The notes beneath the pieces were generated by a model that saw nothing but the letters and a program-made list of their open reading frames with translations, did no database searches and was not told the origin of the DNA. A DNA stretch of 64,000 nt from Diadema antillarum (Eukaryota): the NCBI RefSeq assembly GCF_040938485.1, contig NW_027272268.1, positions 124,001 through 188,000 of the forward strand, given 5' to 3'. A program made the position numbers and the translations under genes. The first letter of the stretch is position 1. Every line of letters begins with the position of its first letter. Below are positions 1-11,359 of this stretch, piece by piece.

Positions 1-58
1 ACTGCTAGCACTCTGTCATACTCTACTAATTTCTGGTTTTCATTTATCTACTATTTAG

Positions 59-2952
59 GACCAGCTGCTGTTCTGTGATGACTGTGACAGGGGCTATCAC
101 ATGTACTGCCTCAAGCCACCCATGTCTGCCCCACCAGAAGGTAAGCTCAGTTTTAGTGTCAGTAGAGGCGAACCTCGTTATAATGAATGAGGATACAAGA
201 TTTCATTAATGAGAGCAGACTTTACCAGTAACTCTGTCAGTTCCCTTCTTTTTTACTTTGTCTTTTTTATGCCTCCGCCACGAAGTGGTGCCGGAGGCAT
301 TATGTTTTCGGGTTGTCCGTCCGTCCGTCCGTCCGTCTGTCCGCATTCGTTTACGTGATAACTTGAGAAATATTGACTGGAATTTTACCAAACTTGGTCC
401 AAGTATAAAGTATGATAGGGCAATTACTTGATTAGATTTTGGGTGAAATCGGCCAAAGGTCAAAGGTCAAGGTCAAATCATGAAATTGTATCCGTTTACG
501 CGATAACTCAAGACTGGATCGAGCAAATTTCACCAAACTTTGTCCAAGGATGATGTATGATGGGACAATTACATGATTAGTTTTTTTAGTGAAATCAGAC
601 AGAGGTCAAAGGTCAAAGATCAAGGTCAAATCCAAAAATTTATCTGTTTACGTGATAACTCAAAACTGGATGAAGCAGCTTTCACCAAACTTTGTCCAAG
701 GATGTATGATGGGCAATTAGTTAAGGAGATTTTAGTGACATTGGCAAGAGGTCAAAGGTCAAGGTCAAGTGCTAAAGATGTTGCTATTTCCCCCATATCT
801 ATGCAATGCCCAAAGGTAATCAGTGTAGACATGTACTACTGCGTAAAGATTCTCCAGGAAGAGTTTCATGTCATAAGGTCAAAGGTTAGGTGAAAATGTT
901 GCAATTTCACTTTTCTTGCAAATGGTTCGATGTATCTTCATGGAACTTGGTACATATGCATGTGCTGACTGGCAGGGATTATCTAGGGAATTTAGGGGTC
1001 ATGGGTCAATAGTCAGGGGTCAAAGGTACAGGTCAACTCCTCAAAATTTTACCGTTTCCCTCATATACTAGTAGTTGCAATGCTTGCATTATTAGTTTTA
1101 AAACTTCATATATATACATGTATTACCTAATGGAGATTCTCTGGGAAATTTCCAGCCAGAAGGTCAAAGGTCAAAGGTTAAGGGTCAAAGGTCAGGTTTG
1201 AATTAAAAAAATCTATTTTGTTGTTGTTGTTGTTATTCATTTTCCATCTGTGAAGATGGCTGGATAGCCCATATTCAGCTACACTAAGCTGGTCTTCCAT
1301 GGGGTCCAGTTAGATGTGGGGTGGGACCACTTCACCGGGTTAGACACCCTGCTCTTTGCGATGAATGAATGAAGCGGGATCTTTTACGTGCATGAGCTGT
1401 GACTCTCTCATACACGGGACCTCCATTTTATGTCCTATCCGAGGGACAGAGTGTTTTGCCTCTTGCTAGAGGGGACGGTATGTTTACACACAACATTGCT
1501 CAGTCCAGACTTGGGTTCGAACCCGGGCCGCGTGATCGTGAGGCAGACGCGCTACCGACTGAGCCAACTCACCGCCCACGTTTGTACTGTACTGTACTGT
1601 AATTACACTCTTTCTTCATACCTTGAAAATTACTTAATGCATAAACTTATAACAGGGTCGGTCAGAAGTCAAGTAAAAATCCTCAATTCCCCAAATATTT
1701 GTACCTGCACTCTCAGACAATTATAGCAAACCCAGTGTGAGGAAAGTGAACATTCAAGACATTTCTGACAAACCTGTCATATCAATATTTTGCCACTTAT
1801 GTGAAACTGTCATCATACATTGTGAAGACATTGTACTATACAACTATTGGGAGAATCATGCATTATGGCGGAGGCATCAGTCGCCATAGCGACATTTCTA
1901 GTTTAACAAGATTTCTATGTAGCAAGAAAACTCTTTGTGTCCCGACTACTGTAAAAGTGGTTTTATTTTCGCGTTTCGCGCTTTGAGGTTGAACCGCGAA
2001 TTTAACATCACGCGAAAATGTTTTGAGCTCGCCGCTTGTTACAGTGCTATTGCGCACATGCACACACGAAGATTCCGCACATACAGTGTATTGATGGTCA
2101 ACACACACACAGCGATACCGCGCAATGTAGGTACAAGCATGTTATAAAGTACTCGAGAGACAAGATTTTAGGTAAGCCTGCATTTAATTCTAATTTTTAT
2201 TTAATAAATAAAAGAATAATTTGATTATAGATTGGGTTTTCATGTGCAAAATAAAACAGTTTTTGCCCACTGTGAATTCACAGATTTTGCCGACCGCGAA
2301 TTTAAGCACACGCGAAAAAGTCGGCACCGATGGATACCGCGAAAGTATCTGTACGCGAAAGAAACCACTTTTACAGTATCTGTTTTTAACAGGGTTCACC
2401 TGTATAAGCATCTCATGGTCACCTGAATAGCACTGGCATTCAAGTAAAAGTTATATATATGAGTACCGGTAAGAACTTTTTTAATGGGATAGCACTGGCA
2501 TTCAAATAGAAAGTCATATGTATAAGTAAAAACTTTCTATATGGGATATAATATTATGATATATATCTTAATCTTACTGAGATATTGGTTACTGGGAGAT
2601 TAAAAGTCCTCAACTTCCTGTGGTGTTTTTCAAAAAATGTCAAATCATGTGAAATTGTATCTGTATGTCTTGTCTCTAATTGCTTCTTTTTTCATGAATT
2701 ACATATCTGTAATATCATCTTAGCATATTTTAATACACATAATGCATACTCCCTCCCTTATGTCACGAGGTGATCAAATAGGTTGATGGTCACTTTTAAA
2801 AATTGGGATGTATTACACTCTTGAGTTTCAGGGTTGGCAGCTACAATTCAGTGCTTGTTCCATTCATGTAAGTGGAGGCAATTTCTTGACACGTTTGTCG
2901 TCTTTCAATTCAATTTACAGGGAGCTGGATTTGTGACTTGTGTAAAGTGTGA
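59..2952 (+). CDS. DPF: DPF/d4-family (BAF45, DPF1/2/3 co-ortholog) double-PHD zinc finger protein, 3' partial: join(59..140,2921..2952)
   Basis: Exon 59-140 (ag|...|gtaagc) reads [27 protein letters not shown] plus 1 nt; exon 2921-2952 (tttacag|) completes [10 protein letters not shown]. This is the recognisable second PHD finger of DPF proteins ([20 protein letters not shown]...PPEGSWSC.LC). Phase 1 is consistent across the intron. Upstream exons are outside the window. Confidence 0.9.
263..1904 (+). mobile_element. Helentron-type non-autonomous element (HINE/DINE-like), family A, in the last DPF intron
   Basis: T-run start; 5' palindrome ATGCCTCCG...CGGAGGCAT (269-300); (GTCC)n microsatellite about 316-342; about 145-150 bp internal tandem units rich in GGTCAAAGGTCA; subterminal inverted copy GGCGGAGGCAT (1867-1877); short 3' hairpin GTCGCCATAGCGAC followed by ATTTCTAGTTT. 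Confidence 0.7.
1219..1577 (-). mobile_element. tRNA-derived SINE with Deu-domain-like central region, inserted in the HINE
   Basis: Minus strand begins GGGCGGTGAGTTGGCTCAGTCGGTAG (A box) ... GGGTTCGAACCC (B box). Central TGTCCCTCGGATAGGACATAAAATGGAGGTCCCG...GCACGTAAAAGATCCC resembles the DeuSINE domain as I recall it. (AAC)n tail. Confidence 0.7.
1947..2378. mobile_element. TA-flanked MITE (Tc1/mariner-type, CTGTAAAAGTGG termini)
   Basis: TA-CTGTAAAAGTGGTTT at 1947 and AAACCACTTTTACAG-TA ending at 2378; internal CGCGAA-rich repeats. Confidence 0.65.
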
Positions 2953-3492
2953 TCTCCAGTCTAAAGAGGAAAGACCTGCAGCAGTCAAACAGTCACTGGA
3001 AAGCCGTGACACTCAGAGGGATTTGACTAATGCACAGCAAACAACCTGGAGATGGGAACAGTGATTGGAGCATCTGTGTGTAACCATCTCGCTGTCAACT
3101 TGCCATAACATCTCAAGCTCTGCATGTAGTCTCTGCTTTGTATTACCATCTTTGGTGTAATGTTGTCCTCCTTGAATGCTTGCTGGCATTTGTGCTGAAC
3201 TAATACAGGTATTGATGTATTTTTGTATATGTATCTTAACAAATATTTTTCTTGCAAATGACCTCAACATTAGGTTATTCTAATGTCTTCGCAGAGTATG
3301 TGTTCTTATTTTCCTGTTTTATTTCCTGATGATACTGTATTATCAGTAATGATTAGTGGGTTTTGACTGCAGACAGGAGTAAAACCATCATTGTTTCTAG
3401 TAAGTCATATCCATTTTGCATGACACTATGTTAAAGAAAGGATCTTCTCCAAATACTTGTTCAAATTGCTGGTCAAAAAATCAGTGAAATTA

Positions 3493-3498
3493 AATAAA
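3493..3498 (+). terminator. Candidate polyadenylation signal (AATAAA) for the DPF gene
   Basis: AATAAA about 540 nt after the DPF stop codon; a second AATAAA at 3574-3579. Usage not demonstrated. Confidence 0.3.
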
Positions 3499-3987
3499 AC
3501 AACACTGTACTAAACATTCTTGGCGTCAAAAAGCATTACAATAGCAAAATCAAATTTAAATGTTTTATGCAATAATAAATTAGAATTTAACTGAGGTAAT
3601 CTGAACAAATTGAGTAGAAATTCATTTAGACTTTGTACTGACTTGATTTATGCATAATTGATAGGGGAAAAAATATGCACAATGCTGAAATGTAAGGTGT
3701 AGTGTTCTTGTATGTTATTGTGATTATATTGGTAATTTACTTGCATACAAAGGCCTCCTGTATACAGGACCTCGTTGTGAAGGGATGGGATAGGGATTTG
3801 TGTAATGCCAAATAGTGTATATATGCTACATAAAGTAGAAAATGCAGCAGTGATAGTTAGTTACTCCTTGTGTAGGTGAGTTAATCTGTAGATGAGTGGG
3901 AGTAGAGAATAGAAGCACAAGTAGTAAATTGGCACATTGTTCAAACAGTCTATTCCAGCAGCTCTTCACATGAAATATTTTCAAGGT

Positions 3988-4950
3988 TAATTCTCGCTAT
4001 CGCCAATGACGTAAAAAGTATCCGGATGTGGCTTTTTCGTCAAGATTTAGTGCACTTCGTAGCAAGGGCGCTTCCGGCACGGGGCATAATTTGCACAACG
4101 TTAGCGTGCGCGTACGTGTACCTTACCTATAGTGCCGCACCGACCACGGATACTAGTACAGTATATACGCGGCTGTACTACCCGAGCCAGCGAGTGGCCA
4201 GGCCTGTCATACTCGTACACTGTAGTCCCCGCATGCATTGCTCTAGGCCGGCGGCCGGCCTTGCATTAGCATGCACCACTGCACGCATATGCTAACACAT
4301 ACCGGTACAGCGTACTGCTTGATCATGCGATCGATGTGCACATCACAGATCAGTCATCTCTGCATACGCTGAAAATATGCTGGAAAATATTCACCCACCT
4401 GGATATCGTCGTGGAATGCCCATCTTTTTTTTATTTGTTCTCTGTCGAAATGTCGTGAACACAATCGGGAACGAACCGTGATCTCGAACTTATCCTGTCT
4501 CCGAAGCAACTTCTTCCAAGTAAGTACGTAGGCCACTAGGCCTACTACCACTACTAGTAAGTACTGCGCTGTGGAGTCACCCGCAAACTTTACCCACGCG
4601 GCCACGTCACGTCTCGCATGCCAGTAAGGGTCCTATTTCTGCAGATTTTTTTCATTTATTGTCGTGAGAACAACACATGGCAGCTTTGCAGCAACAACCA
4701 ATAGTCGTATTAACAGCAATTTCTTAAGAATGGAGAAATTTCAAATCATATTAAAGCTGTAATTCAAGTCGAGAAAACAGGAAGTACACGTAGAATACAG
4801 TCGGTTGTGTGTATATAAATAGCATTAGTCACGTTTCACGCGCGTACGAACGGAAGTGACTTTGCTACCGGACTATCCCATAATGCACCGTAAATGACGC
4901 TTAAGTCAACATCCGGGTACTTTTTACGTCATTGGCGATAGCGAGAATTA
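3988..4950 (-). mobile_element. Non-autonomous TIR DNA transposon carrying a degenerate THAP zinc-finger coding remnant
   Basis: About 42-bp terminal inverted repeats (TAATTCTCGCTATCGCCAATGACGTAAAAAGTA[T/C]CCGGATGT, one mismatch). The internal minus-strand frame reads WKKLLRRQDKFEITVRSRLCSRHFDREQI, matching the THAP W...R...lCS.HF signature. CpG-rich interior. Confidence 0.7.
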
Positions 4951-6080
4951 TTCCGGCCCTGTGATGCATTCACAAAGATATGCCACTGCATAATTAATAT
5001 TGCCAACAGTATTTGTAGACAGAATATTCACATTGTGTCTGCTCAGTATATTAGTGTGAGTGTAAAGGGAATATTTGCCTGCAGAGTCACAAATACTTGC
5101 TAAAGAAAAAGTTAGAGTTGTATTGCTCACCAGGCAATCTGCACTGCATTAGTTCTCCATTTTGATGCGGGAAATTTTTCATGTTTTTGTTCACTTGTCC
5201 ATTACATGACTTGCAAGGCTAAATATATGCTTGCAATGGTGTCATCTGGCATCATGGTGCTTCTTATGCAGCTTAGAATTTAGTTGTAGTTATTAGTCAA
5301 TCAACTGTCTGATTGTCATAGTATTTATGTTTGAATCTGCATTCAAACTCATTTTTCAAAACGTCCATGTCAGCTCAGTGTACTGTGATATATCTGAAAG
5401 CAAAATAAAGCCATGTGCTTCTACCCACTTTCTTTGTCAAGACCTGGTTTTAACTTTGTGTTGCCTCCCATCTGAACAAGAGACGTTCATGTCTTACTTC
5501 ATTTACATACTCCTTTTCATTTGTGTGTGTGTGTGTGTGTGTGTAATAGTGACATGATTTGAAAGACCACAAACTAAAATCTCCTTTCAGTACAAGTATG
5601 TTTAATCATCCTTGTGTCAATATGCAACTTTGTTGTCTGAAGAAGAGTTAATAGATCTCAAGAGCTCCATTGTGGTGGTGGAAACCCTTTTCCTTTGGCA
5701 CCATGCTTCAATATTAATTACACATCCTGGAAATACATTGTGTATTCAATGTATACAACATAAACATTTGAAGTAACATAAGTTACCACCTACAAAAGTT
5801 CAAGTGCACATGTATCAAAGTATTACAGTGTACATTTATCATTACAGGTATCTATTGCTTCATGGAACAATTAAGCAGCAAACCAACAACAACAACAACA
5901 AAAAGGACACACACAAGCAATAATGAATGACAATCTGAAGGGTTTTTTACTTATTCTTTATTGTTAATGTAACATTTAGACTCCACTGTAAAGTAATGGC
6001 AGATCTTTTCATGATGGATACAAGTACACAGGATGTTTAGGCTGCAGACCGGGTACAATTTTCGAGTAAATCGCACATGT

Positions 6081-6327
6081 TACTGTATACACCATATATT
6101 TAGCTAGTCTAAATTTTCGCAAATCGGGACTTGCCGACGATTTTGCAAGTGGTTAAATTTGCGTTTGTTGAGTACTGTAATGAACGGAGAAATGTATATG
6201 TGTGTGTCACATTCATTTCGGTATAAGAGTCATTATTTTCGCATGTCTTTAATTTTGTGAATAGCACCCGACTCGAAAATGCGAAAATAAAAAAAAAACC
6301 CTCACTAAATATTTGCCGTATACAGTA
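6081..6327. mobile_element. TA-flanked MITE (CTGTA termini)
   Basis: TACTGTATAC... and ...GTATACAGTA inverted termini; internal TTTTCGC/GCGAAAA motifs. Confidence 0.55.
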
Positions 6328-7598
6328 ACTGTTACACGTCACATTTTCGCTCTTGTATCTTTTTTTTTTTTGAAACCAATGTTTTGACTGTGTGTGGATT
6401 TTGGAACAGGGAGAGGCAGCATGCCTGAAGACTTAAAGGTTGTGGACACTGAGCCAACCTTTTTCACTACCCAGATAGCCACCTTGCCTCTATCAAAGCC
6501 AAATACAGTACTGTAATATCAATGATAACCTGACTGAGAATAAAATGGCCATGTACAAGTTTCACACCTCCATTCTGGATGGCGGATTCCATGGTCCATA
6601 ACATTTATACCCCCGCCAAACATAGTACATGTACATACAGGAATACAGTCCGACCTCTGTTATCTGCCCATGTGGGGACCAGCAAAATAAGCGACTTGGC
6701 CAGATATGGAATAGACAATGTTTGTCGATGAGTACAGTTTGTACAAGTAGGCTGCCAACCCAGTGGTAGCTATGAAGGTATTGTACACTGCAACAGAAGT
6801 GCAATTTATGCTAGCCAACTGTCACTCAAAATAAGTCATGAAATTGAAGCATTTTACTCTAAAATTCACACGATGTTTCCGTAGGGAATATCAGAGTTAA
6901 ATTGTGTGAGTTTTGTAGGAGTTTTAATTGTGTTTGAAATCACTTCCTCTTTTCTTTTCTTTTTTATTTTTTTGTCTTCACTGTTTGGAGGCATCTGGAT
7001 AATAGAGGGCCTGGATAATAAAGGGCCTGATAATCAAAGTTGGACTGTATTGTATACAGGAATTGTACCAAGGTTAGTGGCCAGGCGGTTGGTTGATCTG
7101 TTGCAAAATCATGTGGATTGAACTAGAATTCTACAAATTTTCATTTTTTGAAAAAAATACACATTTTTTCGACTTGTCACTGACACAATTATGTTACGGG
7201 AACATTGTAATATTATTCCCCCAGCTTTCTGGAAAAGGAAAATCAAGTGCTCTGTTACTATGTGAGAAAAGTAAAAATATGTTGAATTTTCTTTATATTT
7301 TCTCTATATCATTCCACACATGTGACATCACAAACTGTTGTAGTCTTCTCACCCAGAGATACATGTAGTGTCACTGAAATTCATAACTTTTGAAGGGATT
7401 GTCTGATTTTCCTCAAACTTTCACTGACATGTTCTAATATTGTTGCAGTCACTCAATCCACACGTCCTTTAAGAAAAGTGGTGTGTTGCCAGGGTAACAG
7501 TGAATTATGGCCCCAAAATCAGGAAAAGGCCTTGCAGACTTAAATTCTGCAGTTTTTAAGTGTTTCAGATGCAATTTGGCACATGCGGTGATTGTGAT

Positions 7599-7691
7599 TT
7601 AACCCGTTAAGGACAGGCTAATTTTGCTACAACACACACATTTCCCATATGCCTGCCCGAGTATACTCAGGACTTGTCCTCAATTGGTTAA
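7599..7691. mobile_element. Mini TTAA-flanked MITE (piggyBac-type)
   Basis: TTAA-CCCGTTAAGGACAG ... TTGTCCTCAATTGG-TTAA; imperfect inverted termini, 93 bp. Confidence 0.45.
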
Positions 7692-9299
7692 AGTTGTGTA
7701 AGACATATTTTTCACAAGTAGCTGTTAGCATGTGTTAGGCGGCAGCATTATAATCACCTTCAGTGATATTTCCAGTTTCATTTCCATCCAATTTTGTTAA
7801 CATGATTATGCCTATTCACTTCTTTGGAGGACTCGGCAGCATAGTTGTACCAACGATACTTTACATGTATGGTGTATTTTGGAAGGACAACATACAATTT
7901 AAGAACAAACAATGGATCAGATGTGATAACTCCTTTAGAGAAGCACAACAGACAGATAAATCGTTTGCGGCAGAGAAGACACTTGGTAAGCTGCAGTTTG
8001 AATCACCTCCTGAAGAGTCTTTGGGTATGCAGAGACACAAATCTATTTTGTGTAACCCAGTAAATCTGCAGGGAAATTGCAGGTACAGTGTAACATGTAA
8101 TACCTGTGTGCATGTATGTGCTTTATATTTCGTCAGAGAGGGTATAAACAGGACATGCTCCTTATGCTTATTATTGCTCCAAGAGAAATACTGTGTTATC
8201 AGTCCTGAAGGCTACAAAATGATGTCCTTTCATGATTTTGATTTAGCAAAATAAGTTCAGTGGCAGAAAGCCATATCAGCATAATTCACACAAAGCAGGA
8301 TTCCTCTTCTGTGTTGTGTCTCTACTCATCATTGTGAAACAAATTTGGTTCATCTCACAATAATAGGGAAGACTGTTTTGATCTAACACTCAGAGCCCTG
8401 AAGTATTCTGGAACAAAATAGTGTACTGGCATATAAAATAAAAGAAAAAATTGTGATGTCTTTCGTGACACATATTAGTATACTATACCTCATCTCATTT
8501 CTCAGGCCTAAGTACAAGGGTGTGTAATGTATCATGCAAAAAATGTGGAGAATTTCCTTAAAACAGACAGTGCTATGAAAACTTAAAGGGATGACCAGCA
8601 AAGAGCACAGCATGACAGAAGAGTCTAGAGCTCACTTGTCTTTACCTTCACTCACAGTCCTACTGACAAGTGTCTAGGTGCTTCAACATCATATAATCCT
8701 GTTTCTTCATGTCCATGCCTACCAGTTCAAAGCAATACCCATTGTACTGTGAAGACTTGAATACAGTCCATTACACTGAAAAAAAAAAATGGCTATACAT
8801 TTGCCTACTGCTTCATTCTCAATCTGCTTGGAGACAAAATGAGAGAATGAACAGGAATCACAGAATTGGTTGGCCCTCATTAAACAGACGCCAGCAATAA
8901 TGCTCTTGAGACCAGCCAATGACATGCAATTTCATGCGTAATTTCCCACCACACAATTATGCACATGGATATGATGACAAATTAAATATTGAAATTGTTC
9001 AGGCAAAGCAGTCATCTTCTTGAAGTAGGGAAGATGAGACGACATGGCCGTCCTTCCTCGGTCAGCCAGTATGAGATGCGAGGTTCCTCAGTGATGGAAA
9101 ACTGTCACTGTAGGACTGCGCTGGGTTTCCTTTCTTGTCAACCACTTGTGTTACCAAGATCAGGTTACCTGAACACTGCTTTCTTTACAGGTATCTTGAT
9201 TAGCAGTCTCTTTCTCTGAACATGATATACCAAGTAACCGTCCCTTATTTTCTGGATGCACAGATTCCAGCAGTTCATTTTATTCCAGAGAAATGAATA

Positions 9300-9354
9300 T
9301 CATCTCTCTATGGATGGTGAAGAAGATTCTGTGGAAGGGGATGATGAAGATGAA

Positions 9355-9394
<40 letters not shown>

Positions 9395-11322
9395 ATGATG
9401 ATGATGATACTGATGTTTCTCTTGTGGCGTTGAGGTTCCGGATGACGGCAGAGGCAGGAGCCATGAGTGCCTTTCGCGAGAGACGCATTTTGCCACTGAC
9501 AGGGTCACGGCCAAAGAACTTGACTGGGATTTCCTGCCCAATCTCGAGTTTGAGTGCACTGGGATGGTTGACCTGGTTGGGATGGGGCAAAGGACAGAGA
9601 GAGGAGGGGAGAGAAGTAATGAGCAATACTACACAGTCGGTATTGATAACTTTATAAAAATGAACAGAAATTGTTTATTTTTATAATCATTTTTATTCAT
9701 TCCAGGAGGAACCTAATTTAATAATCCAAGCATTTATCAGAAGTAATTGAAAACCCTTAATATTTAAAATGAATGTAAAACAAGTCTTGCAATTGCAAGA
9801 GAATGAAGAGAAATCTCACCCTTCTCTGGTCAAGCTGAGAGTTGTGGAGCAAGGTGGGCTGCATGGACGGGTAGAGCTTGACCATCACACCATTCTCTCT
9901 GTCATTAAAAACACACACACAAAAATATCTTAAATGCAGGTTTTTCTATCGCATTATGTAACCACAAGGACAATACAACTTGAAAGTTCTTCATATTTAA
10001 CCACAATTTAGAATCATATCATAGAGCTGTTAATGGAATAACATGGCCCCATTTCATTAAAAAAAAAAAAAAAAAGTTGCTACAGCAGTAACTCTTGCTG
10101 CAATGTGTCAAGTGTCATTATAATGACAAGAATCCTGCTCTCTGATTGGCTGTTGCTATGGGAAGTTGCTGCCCTCACATTTTTAATGAAATGGGACCCA
10201 GCTGAAACATAAAAAGTAGTAAGCTTTTGCTTGGACTCAAATGCTGAGCATGGAGAAAGGAAACAATAGCCAAAAATAACCTCTCACCTTAGCTCTATGA
10301 TGGTTGCTGTGTAGATACCTCCAAACTCAAGGTCTGGTTCCTTCTGTATTGGGGGAAGAAAAAAACAAACATTCAAATATACATTCTTTTACACAATACA
10401 CTGCACTCCTGTTATAACAAACATGGTTACAATAAAATTCCGGTTACAACAAAGCAAAAGTCAGGCTGCATCTTTATCCCCGCAACGTTTTTTTATAGTT
10501 TACCAGTATTTGTATGATTATAACAAAATTTTGATAAAACAAAAGAAAACTGCCAGTCCCGAGGACTTCATTATAACAGGAGTCCACTGTACACAATATC
10601 AACCAAGTTTAGACTTTTAATTTCAGAGATTACTTTACTATTTTTCAGACTTGGGGTAACACATATTGTTCTAATTTTCCTTCCATTTTCAGGGGACTGA
10701 GCTCACAAATATGAAATATCCCTGCAGAAGTATATGAAATCATTATGCACATACAGAAGCACATACTTTTGAACACACACAATAACAATGACTGTATCTT
10801 GACAATTCATTTCTAATACACTTGGGCCCTGTAAATCCTTTGTTGCAATGATAAAACAAGGCGTAATTCCTGAAATCTTGATTTTGTTTTAAAACTACAG
10901 AATTTCTTGTTTGTTTGTTGCTGTTGGTTTTTTTTTTTGTATGTGATGTTTGGGGAAATACAATTGTGATTTGAAAATACAAAAAAATATGAGTGTGACT
11001 TCTTGTGGTGCTAGTGACCTTTCATGACTTCGTACAAATAAAATACACAATGATAACACAGCACAGCACACAATCCCCAGAGACACAAACTATCATTGAT
11101 TAGGATACACAGCTTACATCCTCAAGAAGGAGCTGCTCAATTCTCTCCTTGGCTTCACTCATAGCGCTGGGTGTCGGGGCAAAGACGGAGAAGTGGGACT
11201 CATCGACTGGAGTGATGGTTACTCCTGGAATGTAGAGCAATCATTATATGTACATTTGTACATGCAATATTTTTGACACAGCATTATACAGCTGTAGTCA
11301 TTATTGTCTTTATCAACTCTCT

Positions 11323-11359
<37 letters not shown>

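Noticed and set aside
1505-1577. tRNA-like sequence (also 26949-27005)
   Set aside because: A and B boxes run directly into SINE bodies and tails with no proper acceptor stem; these are SINE heads, not tRNA genes.
6410-6516. Possible alternative terminal DPF exon (phase-compatible, about 35 codons)
   Set aside because: Weak acceptor, no recognisable homology, and it would truncate the PHD finger; compatible with chance.
7763-8254. 163-aa ORF
   Set aside because: GTG start, no recognisable domain, UTR-like AT-rich composition, no supporting splice structure.
9256-9657. Poly-Asp ORF (+) and poly-His ORF (-, 9308-9559)
   Set aside because: Alternative frames of the (GAT)n repeat inside the last PNPT1 exon; no independent gene evidence.
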